The translations under genes and the position numbers were made by a program. From Candidatus Thalassarchaeum sp. (GTDB taxonomy: Archaea > Thermoplasmatota > Poseidoniia > Poseidoniales > Thalassarchaeaceae): DNA of 64,000 nucleotides. Each line of letters begins with the position of its first letter. The stretch's first letter is position 1. Positions 1 to 8,291 of the stretch are shown here, one piece after another. Below the pieces are notes generated by a model. That model was not told the DNA's origin, ran no database searches, and worked only from the letters and a program-made list of their open reading frames with translations. The stretch is taken from NCBI GenBank assembly GCA_022449345.1, contig JAKURL010000001.1:14211-78210 (forward strand). Reading direction: 5' to 3'.

Positions 1-431
1 AGAATTTTCATTTCGTGGATGATGCGGGTTCTTACACGAATCTTGACAGCCGACTCTAATGGTGGAACGTTGTATATTTCTCCGTTGAGAGAACTAAGTA
101 AATCCCCTAACTCGGCTGAATCTACTACTCGGCCAAATCTTAGTAAAGCAACGTATTTCTTGTCCCCAGTTAGTACCATTTCAGTCAGCCGAGTTGCTTT
201 TCCACAGAGCATGGTAAGCAAACCTGTAGCAAAGGGATCTAGAGTTCCGCCATGGCCTAATCGCTGGATTTCTAGCATCTCCCGAGCCCAAGCGGTAAGT
301 TGGTGACTGGTTGGACCTCGGGGCTTATCGACGAGGATTACTCCTGCATCCAATAGAGATTCAAGACTTCGTTCATAAGGGTTGCAACCAAATTTAGAAT
401 CGGTCTTGGCCGAGTCATCTAGTATTAGCAT
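1..431 (-). CDS. cbf5: H/ACA RNA-guided pseudouridine synthase Cbf5 (TruB family), truncated at window edge
   Basis: Not in the ORF track. Manual translation from ATG at 431 gives MLILDDSAKTDSKFGCNPYERSLESLLDAGVILVDKPRGPTSHQ...LGHGGTLDPFATG, with the DKPxGPTSH and HxGTLDP (catalytic Asp) motifs. The frame stays open to base 1. Confidence 0.95.
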   Translation of the reverse strand, partial: MLILDDSAKTDSKFGCNPYERSLESLLDAGVILVDKPRGPTSHQLTAWAREMLEIQRLGHGGTLDPFATGLLTMLCGKATRLTEMVLTGDKKYVALLRFGRVVDSAELGDLLSSLNGEIYNVPPLESAVKIRVRTRIIHEMKI

Positions 432-435
432 TGAT

Positions 436-990
436 TCAAACTCCTTTGATTGCTGAATCGACTATCGCAAATACCTCATCTGCAATGAGAGAATCTGCAT
501 TCACCACTAGGTTGTATGGTGTCATTTCGTCAAGGTCAATATCGTATAAGACTCGGTATCTTTCCTTGTCTGCGCTTTGTCTGGCGCTTGATTTGGCTAG
601 GCGGTCTTCGAAACTGCCACCCTCTCGGTTTTGTACACGTCTAGCCCTTTCTTCGTCAGAAGTATCTATCCATACCCTAAGGCAATCAATCCCAAGTTCG
701 TTGGCCCACCAACCAGCCAACCGACTTTCGATAATTTCAGGTCCATCGATGTTATTCATGGCCTCTTTCAGAAGACTATCTAGTGAGCGATCGACGTCCA
801 AATCTTGCTTGCAAAGCTCGCTAAACTCACCCACAGAAAGTCCTCGACGTGAGGCTTCGGCGCGAAACACCTCACCACCATTGAGTGAGGTCCAACCAGT
901 GGATTCCTGTATCTTACCAACTAAAGTAGATGTGCCACTACCTGGAGCCCCACTGATTGTAATTCTAAGCAATGGTTCACCTCCACTCAT
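436..990 (-). CDS. cmk: Archaeal cytidylate kinase
   Basis: P-loop ITISGAPGSGTST, GEVFR, D..LD and ESRLAGW motifs. Start moved to ATG 990 (MSGGEPLL, 184 aa); the track's longer N-terminus overlaps the upstream gene. Confidence 0.92.
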   Translation of the reverse strand: MSGGEPLLRITISGAPGSGTSTLVGKIQESTGWTSLNGGEVFRAEASRRGLSVGEFSELCKQDLDVDRSLDSLLKEAMNNIDGPEIIESRLAGWWANELGIDCLRVWIDTSDEERARRVQNREGGSFEDRLAKSSARQSADKERYRVLYDIDLDEMTPYNLVVNADSLIADEVFAIVDSAIKGV

Positions 991-1891
991 TACGGCATAC
1001 GGTGCAACGCAATCGCCCTGAACTGGTTCGATTGACAATTGCAGATGAACAATCAGGGCAGGCGGTTCCAGCCTTAGGTGGAGCTGAGTGAAGGTTGCCT
1101 CCACGCCTAGATTCTGTGTTGCCTCTCTTGCGAGGGCCATCCCGTGAACGACGCTGCCCTCGACGGGTTGTGGCAGAGGGTTTCTTATCCTCATCCTTCA
1201 ACAAATGTAGCAGCGGCTCAGGAATTGGAAGTCCTTCTAAAACCAAGGGGTGCCTGCCGAAGCGAATTATCTTGATGTGGCGATCAACAATTCTGCCAAG
1301 TGGTGCACTCATTGCGATGTAAGTGATTACCCAGGCTGGGAAAATCCAACAAATCGTATCCATCATTCCCCACATTGGCTGCCATGGAAGACTGACGTAA
1401 CCAACTCTGAACCCAGCAGCTGACTCAGCCATCCAACTAAATATTCCAATGATGAAAACGATTGTAAACATCATTGGTTTCATCATCGACGACTGCATCG
1501 CCATTTGGTCGGGCATCATTTCCAACTGTAGACGGCGCATTTTGTCCGCCCTTGCAGTATCACGTTCCGCTTGGGCTTCTCGCAACTGTTTCGAGATTTG
1601 CTTATTTCTATGTCCAATATGAACTTGGGTCAATGGGTCCATGAAAAATCCACGAATAACAGTGTTCACAATCATAATTGATGAGCCGATTATGAATACC
1701 GTTGGAACGAAATATTCTGAGTGGAAAGGTATTGTTGGTTCAATAATTGTTGCCGCGGTGTCAGCCATCACTGAACGGAGTCCCGGATTGAAGGTTAACA
1801 GCAACATAACACCGAGCAATACTAGCATAGGGGTCATCATGCCCATCGCTGCTTGGCTCTGAGCACCACCTTGCCCAGCAGGCGTCGTCAT
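977..1891 (-). CDS. DUF106 / EMC3-TMCO1 (Oxa1 superfamily) membrane protein with C-terminal basic linker and Zn-ribbon
   Basis: TM helices flank a Met-rich coiled coil (KQLREAQ...MAMQSSMMKPMMFTIVFIIGIFSWM). It sits in its usual position upstream of cmk. The tail carries CPDC...CTVC. Confidence 0.85.
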   Translation of the reverse strand: MTTPAGQGGAQSQAAMGMMTPMLVLLGVMLLLTFNPGLRSVMADTAATIIEPTIPFHSEYFVPTVFIIGSSIMIVNTVIRGFFMDPLTQVHIGHRNKQISKQLREAQAERDTARADKMRRLQLEMMPDQMAMQSSMMKPMMFTIVFIIGIFSWMAESAAGFRVGYVSLPWQPMWGMMDTICWIFPAWVITYIAMSAPLGRIVDRHIKIIRFGRHPLVLEGLPIPEPLLHLLKDEDKKPSATTRRGQRRSRDGPRKRGNTESRRGGNLHSAPPKAGTACPDCSSAIVNRTSSGRLRCTVCRNEWR

Positions 1892-1957
1892 GTCTCTTCC
1901 TCTTTGACGCTGTCAATTGAAGGATTCGGCGCGGCTCACATGTTATGTGAGCCGAAT

Positions 1958-3145
1958 TCAACTAAATTGGAAGCTACAAGTTTCACAAGATGAAGCCCCT
2001 ACAGAAGCCTCGCTGCCACAAACAGGGCAAACATCGGGAGTAATCACAGCAGGTTGTTGAGGTTCTTCCTCTTCCTCATCTGATTCTTCACTTTTTTCTT
2101 CAACTTCTTCCTCAGGTTCAACTTCAAAATTTTGCACTTGGGGCACTGATAGATCGACCGTCATATCCGAGTCCGATTCTTCCTCAAGTTCGTCTTGCTC
2201 TTCTACCTCAAGCTCAACTAGATCCAATTCTGATTCCGGCTCGATTTCAGATATCTCTGAAAAGGATCTTGTAGACTCATCTGCCCAATCTGGCAAATTC
2301 GGTTCCTCATCTACTTCGTCTCCAAATGTTGCGCCATGGTAATCCTGAGCATCCGCGACCTTGTACTCACTCTCTGAGTCCCCTTGAATTTCGAAAACCA
2401 CTTCGATTCGTTCATCTTTCTCTATTCGGCCAATAGGCCAAGTGACATGGGTGCCTTCTCTAGCCGACTCTTTGCTAAAATCGACCACCCTTTCGCCAGA
2501 ATGATTTGAACGAACTGTCGATTTTTCGATGTTGAAAGTTCCAGGAACAACATCGTGTAGTGACAGATCTTCCAAGGCGCTATCTGAATCGTTTTGGAAC
2601 ATCAAAAGAATTTCATAACGGCCGGGGCCAGCCGCTGGGAATACCTCTTTTCCGGTTGAGAAGCGACGTCGACGATGTACTACACGAATTAGTGGGGCAC
2701 GATTGCAGTACCTCGTGGCGACTGGACCGAATCTTTCCATGCTGAAATCGGCTCTTATTGGGGCAGCGAGTTTGTCGTTCTGAGGAGAAGGGTCATCAGC
2801 ATGTAATGGGTAACTTATCGTCAATGATTTACCTGGCTGTAATCCAAGTGGGGCAGACGTCCCGACAGTAATCCGTAGCGCATGGCCTTGGGAATCTGGA
2901 GATACCAATTGTTCCTCTAACTGAGTGCCATCTACAACCTCTATCCTATACTGGTCCTCATTGAGGTCCGTGCCTTCCATCTCTATGCGGACCTGATTGG
3001 AAGATGGTATGTTGAAAATACCTGGAATGTCATCTAACAGACGCATGACGTTAACTGGAGCGGAACCTGTGTTTTCAACAACGGTTATGCAATCTAGATC
3101 GGAAGCAACATACGAGCGAATTCGGGAGATTGTTGACCTCTGCAT
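1958..3145 (-). CDS. C-terminal part of a large cytoplasmic beta-sandwich protein (DUF11-like repeats, acidic linker, Zn-ribbon)
   Basis: VENTGSAPV..DDIPG and FQNDSD..LEDLSLHDVVPG..VTWPIGRI resemble DUF11 domains. There is a Glu-rich linker and a CPVC...CETC end. It overlaps the upstream ORF by 71 bp in the +1 frame. Confidence 0.7.
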   Translation of the reverse strand: MQRSTISRIRSYVASDLDCITVVENTGSAPVNVMRLLDDIPGIFNIPSSNQVRIEMEGTDLNEDQYRIEVVDGTQLEEQLVSPDSQGHALRITVGTSAPLGLQPGKSLTISYPLHADDPSPQNDKLAAPIRADFSMERFGPVATRYCNRAPLIRVVHRRRRFSTGKEVFPAAGPGRYEILLMFQNDSDSALEDLSLHDVVPGTFNIEKSTVRSNHSGERVVDFSKESAREGTHVTWPIGRIEKDERIEVVFEIQGDSESEYKVADAQDYHGATFGDEVDEEPNLPDWADESTRSFSEISEIEPESELDLVELEVEEQDELEEESDSDMTVDLSVPQVQNFEVEPEEEVEEKSEESDEEEEEPQQPAVITPDVCPVCGSEASVGASSCETCSFQFS

Positions 3146-4631
3146 CTAGTACCTTGAAACTCCTTTCTTTTAGTTCCAAAATTCCTGTCGATTCTACATT
3201 AGCCCTAGGTAGAATTGAGTAGTTTATCTCATGAGTAAAGTTTGGTTTGTCAATTGCTTCAATTCTCTTTTCAATAGAGTCCCAAAGTCCCTCTGGAGGA
3301 ATGTCCTCTCGAATATCTTCCATATCTAGGAATGGCTCACTACGACCTGCCAGCCAAACGGTAGCACCAGATAGACCGACTACGAATGAAGAACGATTCT
3401 CAACCACCAATTTACAATGGAATACGTCTGGTCTATCATCTTCCTTTGGAGAAACGTAACCGAATTGGCGTGCACGAGAATTTACCGAATCAAACTGCGC
3501 GCGAGAGACTGTCGCTTCGCAAGAATAGGCTGCACTAACTGTTCCAGTTGCGAAGCGTTGAATTGTACGTGTTGTAACTCTTGGTAATATCTCTAGAGAG
3601 GCACTCTCGCCAACAGGTAGCCTCCCAATCCGCCAAACCAATTCATTGTCCTTTATGTCATATTCAGGGCCGTCCACTAGTTCAAAATTCTCAGGCAGGG
3701 CTCTCCTAACTACAACATCGGTCAAACTGACCGGTGCAATATTCTCGACGCTAAGTCGGATTAGAATTTCCTGAGAATGTTCTGAAAATATCATTGAAAG
3801 ACTAGATTCTTGCGGCCTTTCTGGTTCTGTGTCTATATGTTCTCTGAGTATCAGCATTCTAGGACCAGAAGCGGTGTAAGGTAAGTTGGTCGTCTGGGTA
3901 GCGTCTAATTCTCGTACCGTAATTGCCCCACCTCCTATATCAGTCGAATCTGTATTCTGCAGCAAGACTTCTATATCCCAAGCACGATCTTTTCGACTTG
4001 AATTTCGCAGAATCAATTCTCCATCTATCGATTGTTGCCTGACTGTACCATCTGGATTGAGGACTGATTCTTCCTTCTCTCGAAGGGTGACATACAATTT
4101 GTCACCAGGGATTGAATCAACCTCAGCAGCGGGTCTTAAGTTGCTTGAGAGAGCAATTTGAGAGACCTCTTCGCTGGAACCCTTGGATTCTTCCTCTGCT
4201 TCGGTAACAAATGCTCTATCCAAAGCAGCATTCCAATCCTCAACTTCTTCTTCGGCTTCTTCAACACCATCTTCTTCTGCTTCGGGCATTTGTTCTAGAG
4301 AAGTCAGTGTATCATCGAAGGATTGAATATCGAGTTCGTCAACTTCCCAAACTTCCTCTTCCTCTTCGTCTGCGTCGTCAAATCCTGGCGCAGGTGGTGG
4401 TGAAGAATCGAATCCAGTAAAGGCGCGGTGGGGCGGGTCAAAACCCGGCGGAGGTGGCGGTGGTAATTCATCTTGCAATTCCGATACAATCTCTTCTTCC
4501 GACTCTACATCCATCTCTTCCTCGATAACATCACTAAATTCGTCTTCTTCGTCATCGACTCCGAAACCTGGTGGAAGTGGAGGAGGAGGTGGTGGAGGCA
4601 ATCCCGAAGGGGGGGGTGGGGTATCGGACAT
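3075..4631 (-). CDS. N-terminal part of the same protein: polyproline + acidic disordered region followed by a mu-homology-like beta domain
   Basis: Start moved to ATG 4631 (MSDTPPPPSGLPPPPPPP). No signal peptide or TM segment is visible. The folded region begins DKLYVTLREKEESVLNPDGTVRQQSIDGELILRN. Confidence 0.7.
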   Translation of the reverse strand: MSDTPPPPSGLPPPPPPPLPPGFGVDDEEDEFSDVIEEEMDVESEEEIVSELQDELPPPPPPGFDPPHRAFTGFDSSPPPAPGFDDADEEEEEVWEVDELDIQSFDDTLTSLEQMPEAEEDGVEEAEEEVEDWNAALDRAFVTEAEEESKGSSEEVSQIALSSNLRPAAEVDSIPGDKLYVTLREKEESVLNPDGTVRQQSIDGELILRNSSRKDRAWDIEVLLQNTDSTDIGGGAITVRELDATQTTNLPYTASGPRMLILREHIDTEPERPQESSLSMIFSEHSQEILIRLSVENIAPVSLTDVVVRRALPENFELVDGPEYDIKDNELVWRIGRLPVGESASLEILPRVTTRTIQRFATGTVSAAYSCEATVSRAQFDSVNSRARQFGYVSPKEDDRPDVFHCKLVVENRSSFVVGLSGATVWLAGRSEPFLDMEDIREDIPPEGLWDSIEKRIEAIDKPNFTHEINYSILPRANVESTGILELKERSFKVLDAEVNNLPNSLVCCFRSRLHNRC

Positions 4632-4757
4632 GGCAGATGCAGCCTCGAAGGTAGGTGTGGACGCGCATTCGATTGGTTTAACCATTGCTCGCCCACAGTC
4701 CTACGGACTGAATCGAATCACGAATGATTGAATTACTGCTTCTCTTAGCAACCCCTA

Positions 4758-5603
4758 GTGAGCAATCAAGACGGAACCACTCCACCTGTAATCTTCGTTG
4801 TAGGTACGGCAGGTGCTGGAAAGAGCAGTTTAGTCACCGCATTCCAACGTTGGGCGAGATTCCTACAGATCGATGTGCTAACAATAAATCTCGACCCTGG
4901 GGCAGAACGAGTCCATTACGATCCAGAATTTGATGTTAGGGATTTAGTATCCCTGTCCGATGTAATGGACGAATATGACCTAGGTCCGAACGGCGCCCAG
5001 ATTTTAGCCGCGGACCTAGTTGCTTCTCAAGCTCTGGATGTATTCGACGAAATTGAAGGACTAGCTGGTGATATTCTGGTAATCGACACACCAGGACAAG
5101 TCGAACTTTTCGCTTTCCGAGAGGCAAGTAGCCATTTGGTTGAGGTTCTAGGTCAAGGCAGAGCCTGCTTGGCCTTCCTCTTCGACCCTATGTTATCACA
5201 AACTCCTAGCGGTTTTGTCTCTCAGATGTTACTGTCTTCAATCGTACATTTCCGCCTTGGACTTCCGACAGCAAACTTTCTTTCCAAAGCAGATCTACTA
5301 GAGCCAGAGTTATTGGAAAAAATTCTGGAATGGGGAGAAAACCTAGACGTCCTTGAGGCTGCACTTTACGAAGAGTCTGCAGCTGAATCGATGGACCAAA
5401 GTTCTAGCACTTCCCGTGCCGAATTCGCAATTGGTCAACTAAGGATGATGCAGCACGCAGCTATACAGCCCGGCCTAGTGCCTCTTTCTAGCGAAGAGGA
5501 AGAGGGGTTGGCGGATATGCTAACTTTCGCCCAGACCATATTCGGTGGTATGGCCGATATGAGAGATGGATTCGCGGGAGATATAGAACATGAGCAACAC
5601 TAA
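4758..5603 (+). CDS. GPN-loop GTPase (archaeal GPN / PAB0955 family)
   Basis: GTAGAGKS P-loop, NLDPG, LGPNG signature, DTPGQVELF and SKAD motifs; GTG start. Confidence 0.93.
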   Translation: MSNQDGTTPPVIFVVGTAGAGKSSLVTAFQRWARFLQIDVLTINLDPGAERVHYDPEFDVRDLVSLSDVMDEYDLGPNGAQILAADLVASQALDVFDEIEGLAGDILVIDTPGQVELFAFREASSHLVEVLGQGRACLAFLFDPMLSQTPSGFVSQMLLSSIVHFRLGLPTANFLSKADLLEPELLEKILEWGENLDVLEAALYEESAAESMDQSSSTSRAEFAIGQLRMMQHAAIQPGLVPLSSEEEEGLADMLTFAQTIFGGMADMRDGFAGDIEHEQH

Positions 5604-6540
5604 GAAGAAAGATTTACTCGCAATCGATGATTTAATCGATGATTTAGATGACATAATCAATTGGGCAATAAGATACAAAAACGATGAAACTATTCATCAA
5701 GATTTCAAGCCATTAGACGGTATGGCAATCGGTTCGATTTACGAGAAACCATCCACTAGAACTCGGGTTTCATTTGAGGTAGGTGTGAGCCGTCTTGGCG
5801 GCCAACCACTCACCCTCCTATCCAATGATATACAACTAGGTAAATCTGAGTCTATTGGCGATACTGCGGCCGTATTATCGCGCTTTTTGGATGGCATAAC
5901 CTACCGATGTTTTGGGCATGCTGATGTTGCAGAACTTGCCCGAACCGCTACAGTTCCGGTAATCAATGCCCTATCTGACCTTCATCACCCTTGTCAATCA
6001 GCAGCAGACTTGATGGCAATTCGTGAACATGCTAAATCAGATGGGCATATCGCTTGGGTCGGAGATGGAAACAATGTATTCCATGACCTAGCACTCGCTG
6101 GTCTTGCTCTAGGATATGATGTAAAATACGCAACGCCAGTTGGTATGGAACCGAATGCAAAAGTCCTTGCTCGTTGTGAAGGAATTGCCTCCAAGACTGG
6201 GGCCAAGATTTCCGGCACGAATGACCCGATTGAAGCAGTCAGCAACGCTGGTGTCGTTTACACCGATATCTTCGTTTCAATGGGTGAAGAACATATGACT
6301 GACAAAATTGCAGTCTTCGAAGGATTCCAAGTAAACGAAGAGTTAGTCTCCCATGCTAACCCAGATTACTTATTCATGCATTGTCTACCAGCCCATCGAG
6401 GGGAAGAGGTTACAGATGCTGTAATCGACTCGCGAAATAGCATCGTTCTATACCAAGCAGAGAATCGGATGTGGGCACAGATGTCAATTCTGACCTATCT
6501 GTGCAACCATGATGCTTGGCTGGCCTATAACGAGATGTAA
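5590..6540 (+). CDS. argF: Ornithine carbamoyltransferase
   Basis: STRTRVSF, HPCQ, DIFVSMG and MHCLP motifs. Confidence 0.95.
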   Translation: MSNTKKKDLLAIDDLIDDLDDIINWAIRYKNDETIHQDFKPLDGMAIGSIYEKPSTRTRVSFEVGVSRLGGQPLTLLSNDIQLGKSESIGDTAAVLSRFLDGITYRCFGHADVAELARTATVPVINALSDLHHPCQSAADLMAIREHAKSDGHIAWVGDGNNVFHDLALAGLALGYDVKYATPVGMEPNAKVLARCEGIASKTGAKISGTNDPIEAVSNAGVVYTDIFVSMGEEHMTDKIAVFEGFQVNEELVSHANPDYLFMHCLPAHRGEEVTDAVIDSRNSIVLYQAENRMWAQMSILTYLCNHDAWLAYNEM

Positions 6541-7431
6541 TCACATCAATACAGCTAAGATTAAGCCGACCATCGTCAAAGTCATTGAGATTTTTATCAA
6601 TCTAGATGCAGCTGTATCCTCTCGCCTTAAGATGTGTTTCTTGACACTCATTAGTGCAAACAGACCAGGGGTTAGGAAAATAAGGTGTGATAATTCGAAA
6701 ATCCCTATCGCAAATGGAGTAAGTAAAGCAACTAAGGTCAGCAGGAGAATTACCCAAGAAGTGGTTCTAGCCTTATCCGCACCAACACGCATTGCATAGG
6801 TATTTCTTCCCTCATCACCACCCATATCCTCAACGTCTTTGACGATTTCACGTGATAGGTTGTATAGGATACCGATTACAAATAGAGACAAGGCTCTTTC
6901 GTTTAGTGGATCAAATAATCCAGCAGCACCGAACAAAACGACTAATCCAACTGAAATTGAAATTGCCAAGTTACCTGGTAAGCCCTTATCTTTCAACCCC
7001 AACAAAACTCTATCATCTTCGTAATTTACCAATAGGGCCAACGCGAGAAACCAGATGCCGATAGTAGGATACCAATCTGCGAAATTATCGGTCATGCCAT
7101 TGGCTATCGATGCCGCGACGAATAGGGAAGTGAAAGATATCAGGCAAGTCACGATGATACCTGTAAGGGCAACTGACTTACTGATTCGACCTGATGGCAA
7201 AGGTCTGTCTGGTCGATTGATTTTGTCGATTTCAAGGTCAAGATAATCATTTAGAGCATTCCAAGATGCCATGAAGGAATATACAGACAATGCTAGCAAG
7301 GTAGTTATGCGGAGATTATTACCCGATGGCAAGTCTTCTAGGGTTAGAATAGCTCCGAGGAATACACCAACAAATCCGGTAATGCAATTTCCGGCCCGGA
7401 AGAGGCCAAGCCAATCACGAACTGTTCCCAC
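6541..7431 (-). CDS. UbiA-family prenyltransferase, probably digeranylgeranylglyceryl-phosphate (DGGGP) synthase
   Basis: NDYLDLEIDKINRPDRPLPSG and REIVKDVEDMGGD motifs; multiple TM helices. Confidence 0.85.
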   Translation of the reverse strand: MGTVRDWLGLFRAGNCITGFVGVFLGAILTLEDLPSGNNLRITTLLALSVYSFMASWNALNDYLDLEIDKINRPDRPLPSGRISKSVALTGIIVTCLISFTSLFVAASIANGMTDNFADWYPTIGIWFLALALLVNYEDDRVLLGLKDKGLPGNLAISISVGLVVLFGAAGLFDPLNERALSLFVIGILYNLSREIVKDVEDMGGDEGRNTYAMRVGADKARTTSWVILLLTLVALLTPFAIGIFELSHLIFLTPGLFALMSVKKHILRREDTAASRLIKISMTLTMVGLILAVLM

Positions 7432-7471
7432 GTGTTACGGGGGACTTTGTCGGTCTTGATTGCTTGCACGG

Positions 7472-7726
7472 TTAAGCCGCTGGAATAAGAGGTTCAGAAG
7501 ATAATGCCCAGACGCAGACTGTGTATACACTACCTCTGAATTGGCCCCTCTGGTGTCCTACTTTTGCAAAGCGGAGATCCTTGGCGAGGATATTTCCTAC
7601 TTGGTTCATTGTTGCACCCCAGCGAAATCTCTCGTTAAGGTGATCAAACACTTCAACGGTATTTGCAGTTCCCTTCTCCTCGAGTAAAACTAGCACTGCT
7701 TCTCGCAATCGTCTTGTACGGGACAT
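7472..7726 (-). CDS. Small winged-helix-like protein (DUF3860-like)
   Basis: GGAGG SD upstream of ATG 7726. TANTVEVFDHLNERFRWGATMNQVGNILAKD resembles the DUF3860 pattern as I recall it. Confidence 0.7.
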   Translation of the reverse strand: MSRTRRLREAVLVLLEEKGTANTVEVFDHLNERFRWGATMNQVGNILAKDLRFAKVGHQRGQFRGSVYTVCVWALSSEPLIPAA

Positions 7727-8025
7727 CAGAATGCCTCCACAGTAATTGCTCTAGAGGCTAGCACTCGTGAGTGCAATCCACTCCAGCTAGATGGACTAAC
7801 ATTGACCTCTATTGCAGGCTTTGGCATAGGCTGCCATCGTCCGTCTATCGCATTTCCATTTGACGAGTTAACCAAAATCTCAGAATTCATTCTGTTTCGG
7901 TTAACAGTTGTCTTGTTTAGGCTTGCAAAGGATACAACTCGGATTGGGGTCGGTCGCTTCCTGTATGTTCTTCGGCTATCGGTCATTGGGCTTCGGTTCA
8001 TGGCCTGATGTCGCTCGGTCAGCAT
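7726..8025 (-). CDS. Hypothetical protein (weak)
   Basis: 99-aa ORF whose stop overlaps the next ATG (TGATG). No recognisable motif. Confidence 0.3.
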   Translation of the reverse strand: MLTERHQAMNRSPMTDSRRTYRKRPTPIRVVSFASLNKTTVNRNRMNSEILVNSSNGNAIDGRWQPMPKPAIEVNVSPSSWSGLHSRVLASRAITVEAF

Positions 8026-8132
8026 ATCAATGAAGACAGAAGAGTGTAAAGTAAAAGTGAAAGTGAATTATTGAACTCTTCTTTGACTCATCCATTGTTT
8101 TCAAATACCGAGCCATGGTCGCCGTGCTACTC

Positions 8133-8210
8133 GCTCGTGTAGTGTAGTTCGGTCCATCATGACGGACTCTCGATCCGTCGACCCGGGTTCAAATCCCGGC
8201 ACGAGCACCA
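8133..8210 (+). tRNA. tRNA-Glu(CTC)
   Basis: Acceptor GCTCGTG/CACGAGC, anticodon arm ACGGA-CTCTCGA-TCCGT, GGTTCAAATCC T-arm, encoded CCA. Confidence 0.96.
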
Positions 8211-8291
8211 TTTCTAAAAATGGCCAATAATCGCCATTTAGGGTAGTCAGAACGGTCTTAAATGGACCTTCGTTGGAGGATTAAGGTTCAG

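Noticed and set aside
19-1322. Plus-strand ORFs 19-306, 431-1021 and 1095-1322
   Set aside because: Antisense shadows of cbf5, cmk and DUF106; Ser-rich with no motifs. The same applies to most short track ORFs nested in or opposite long genes.
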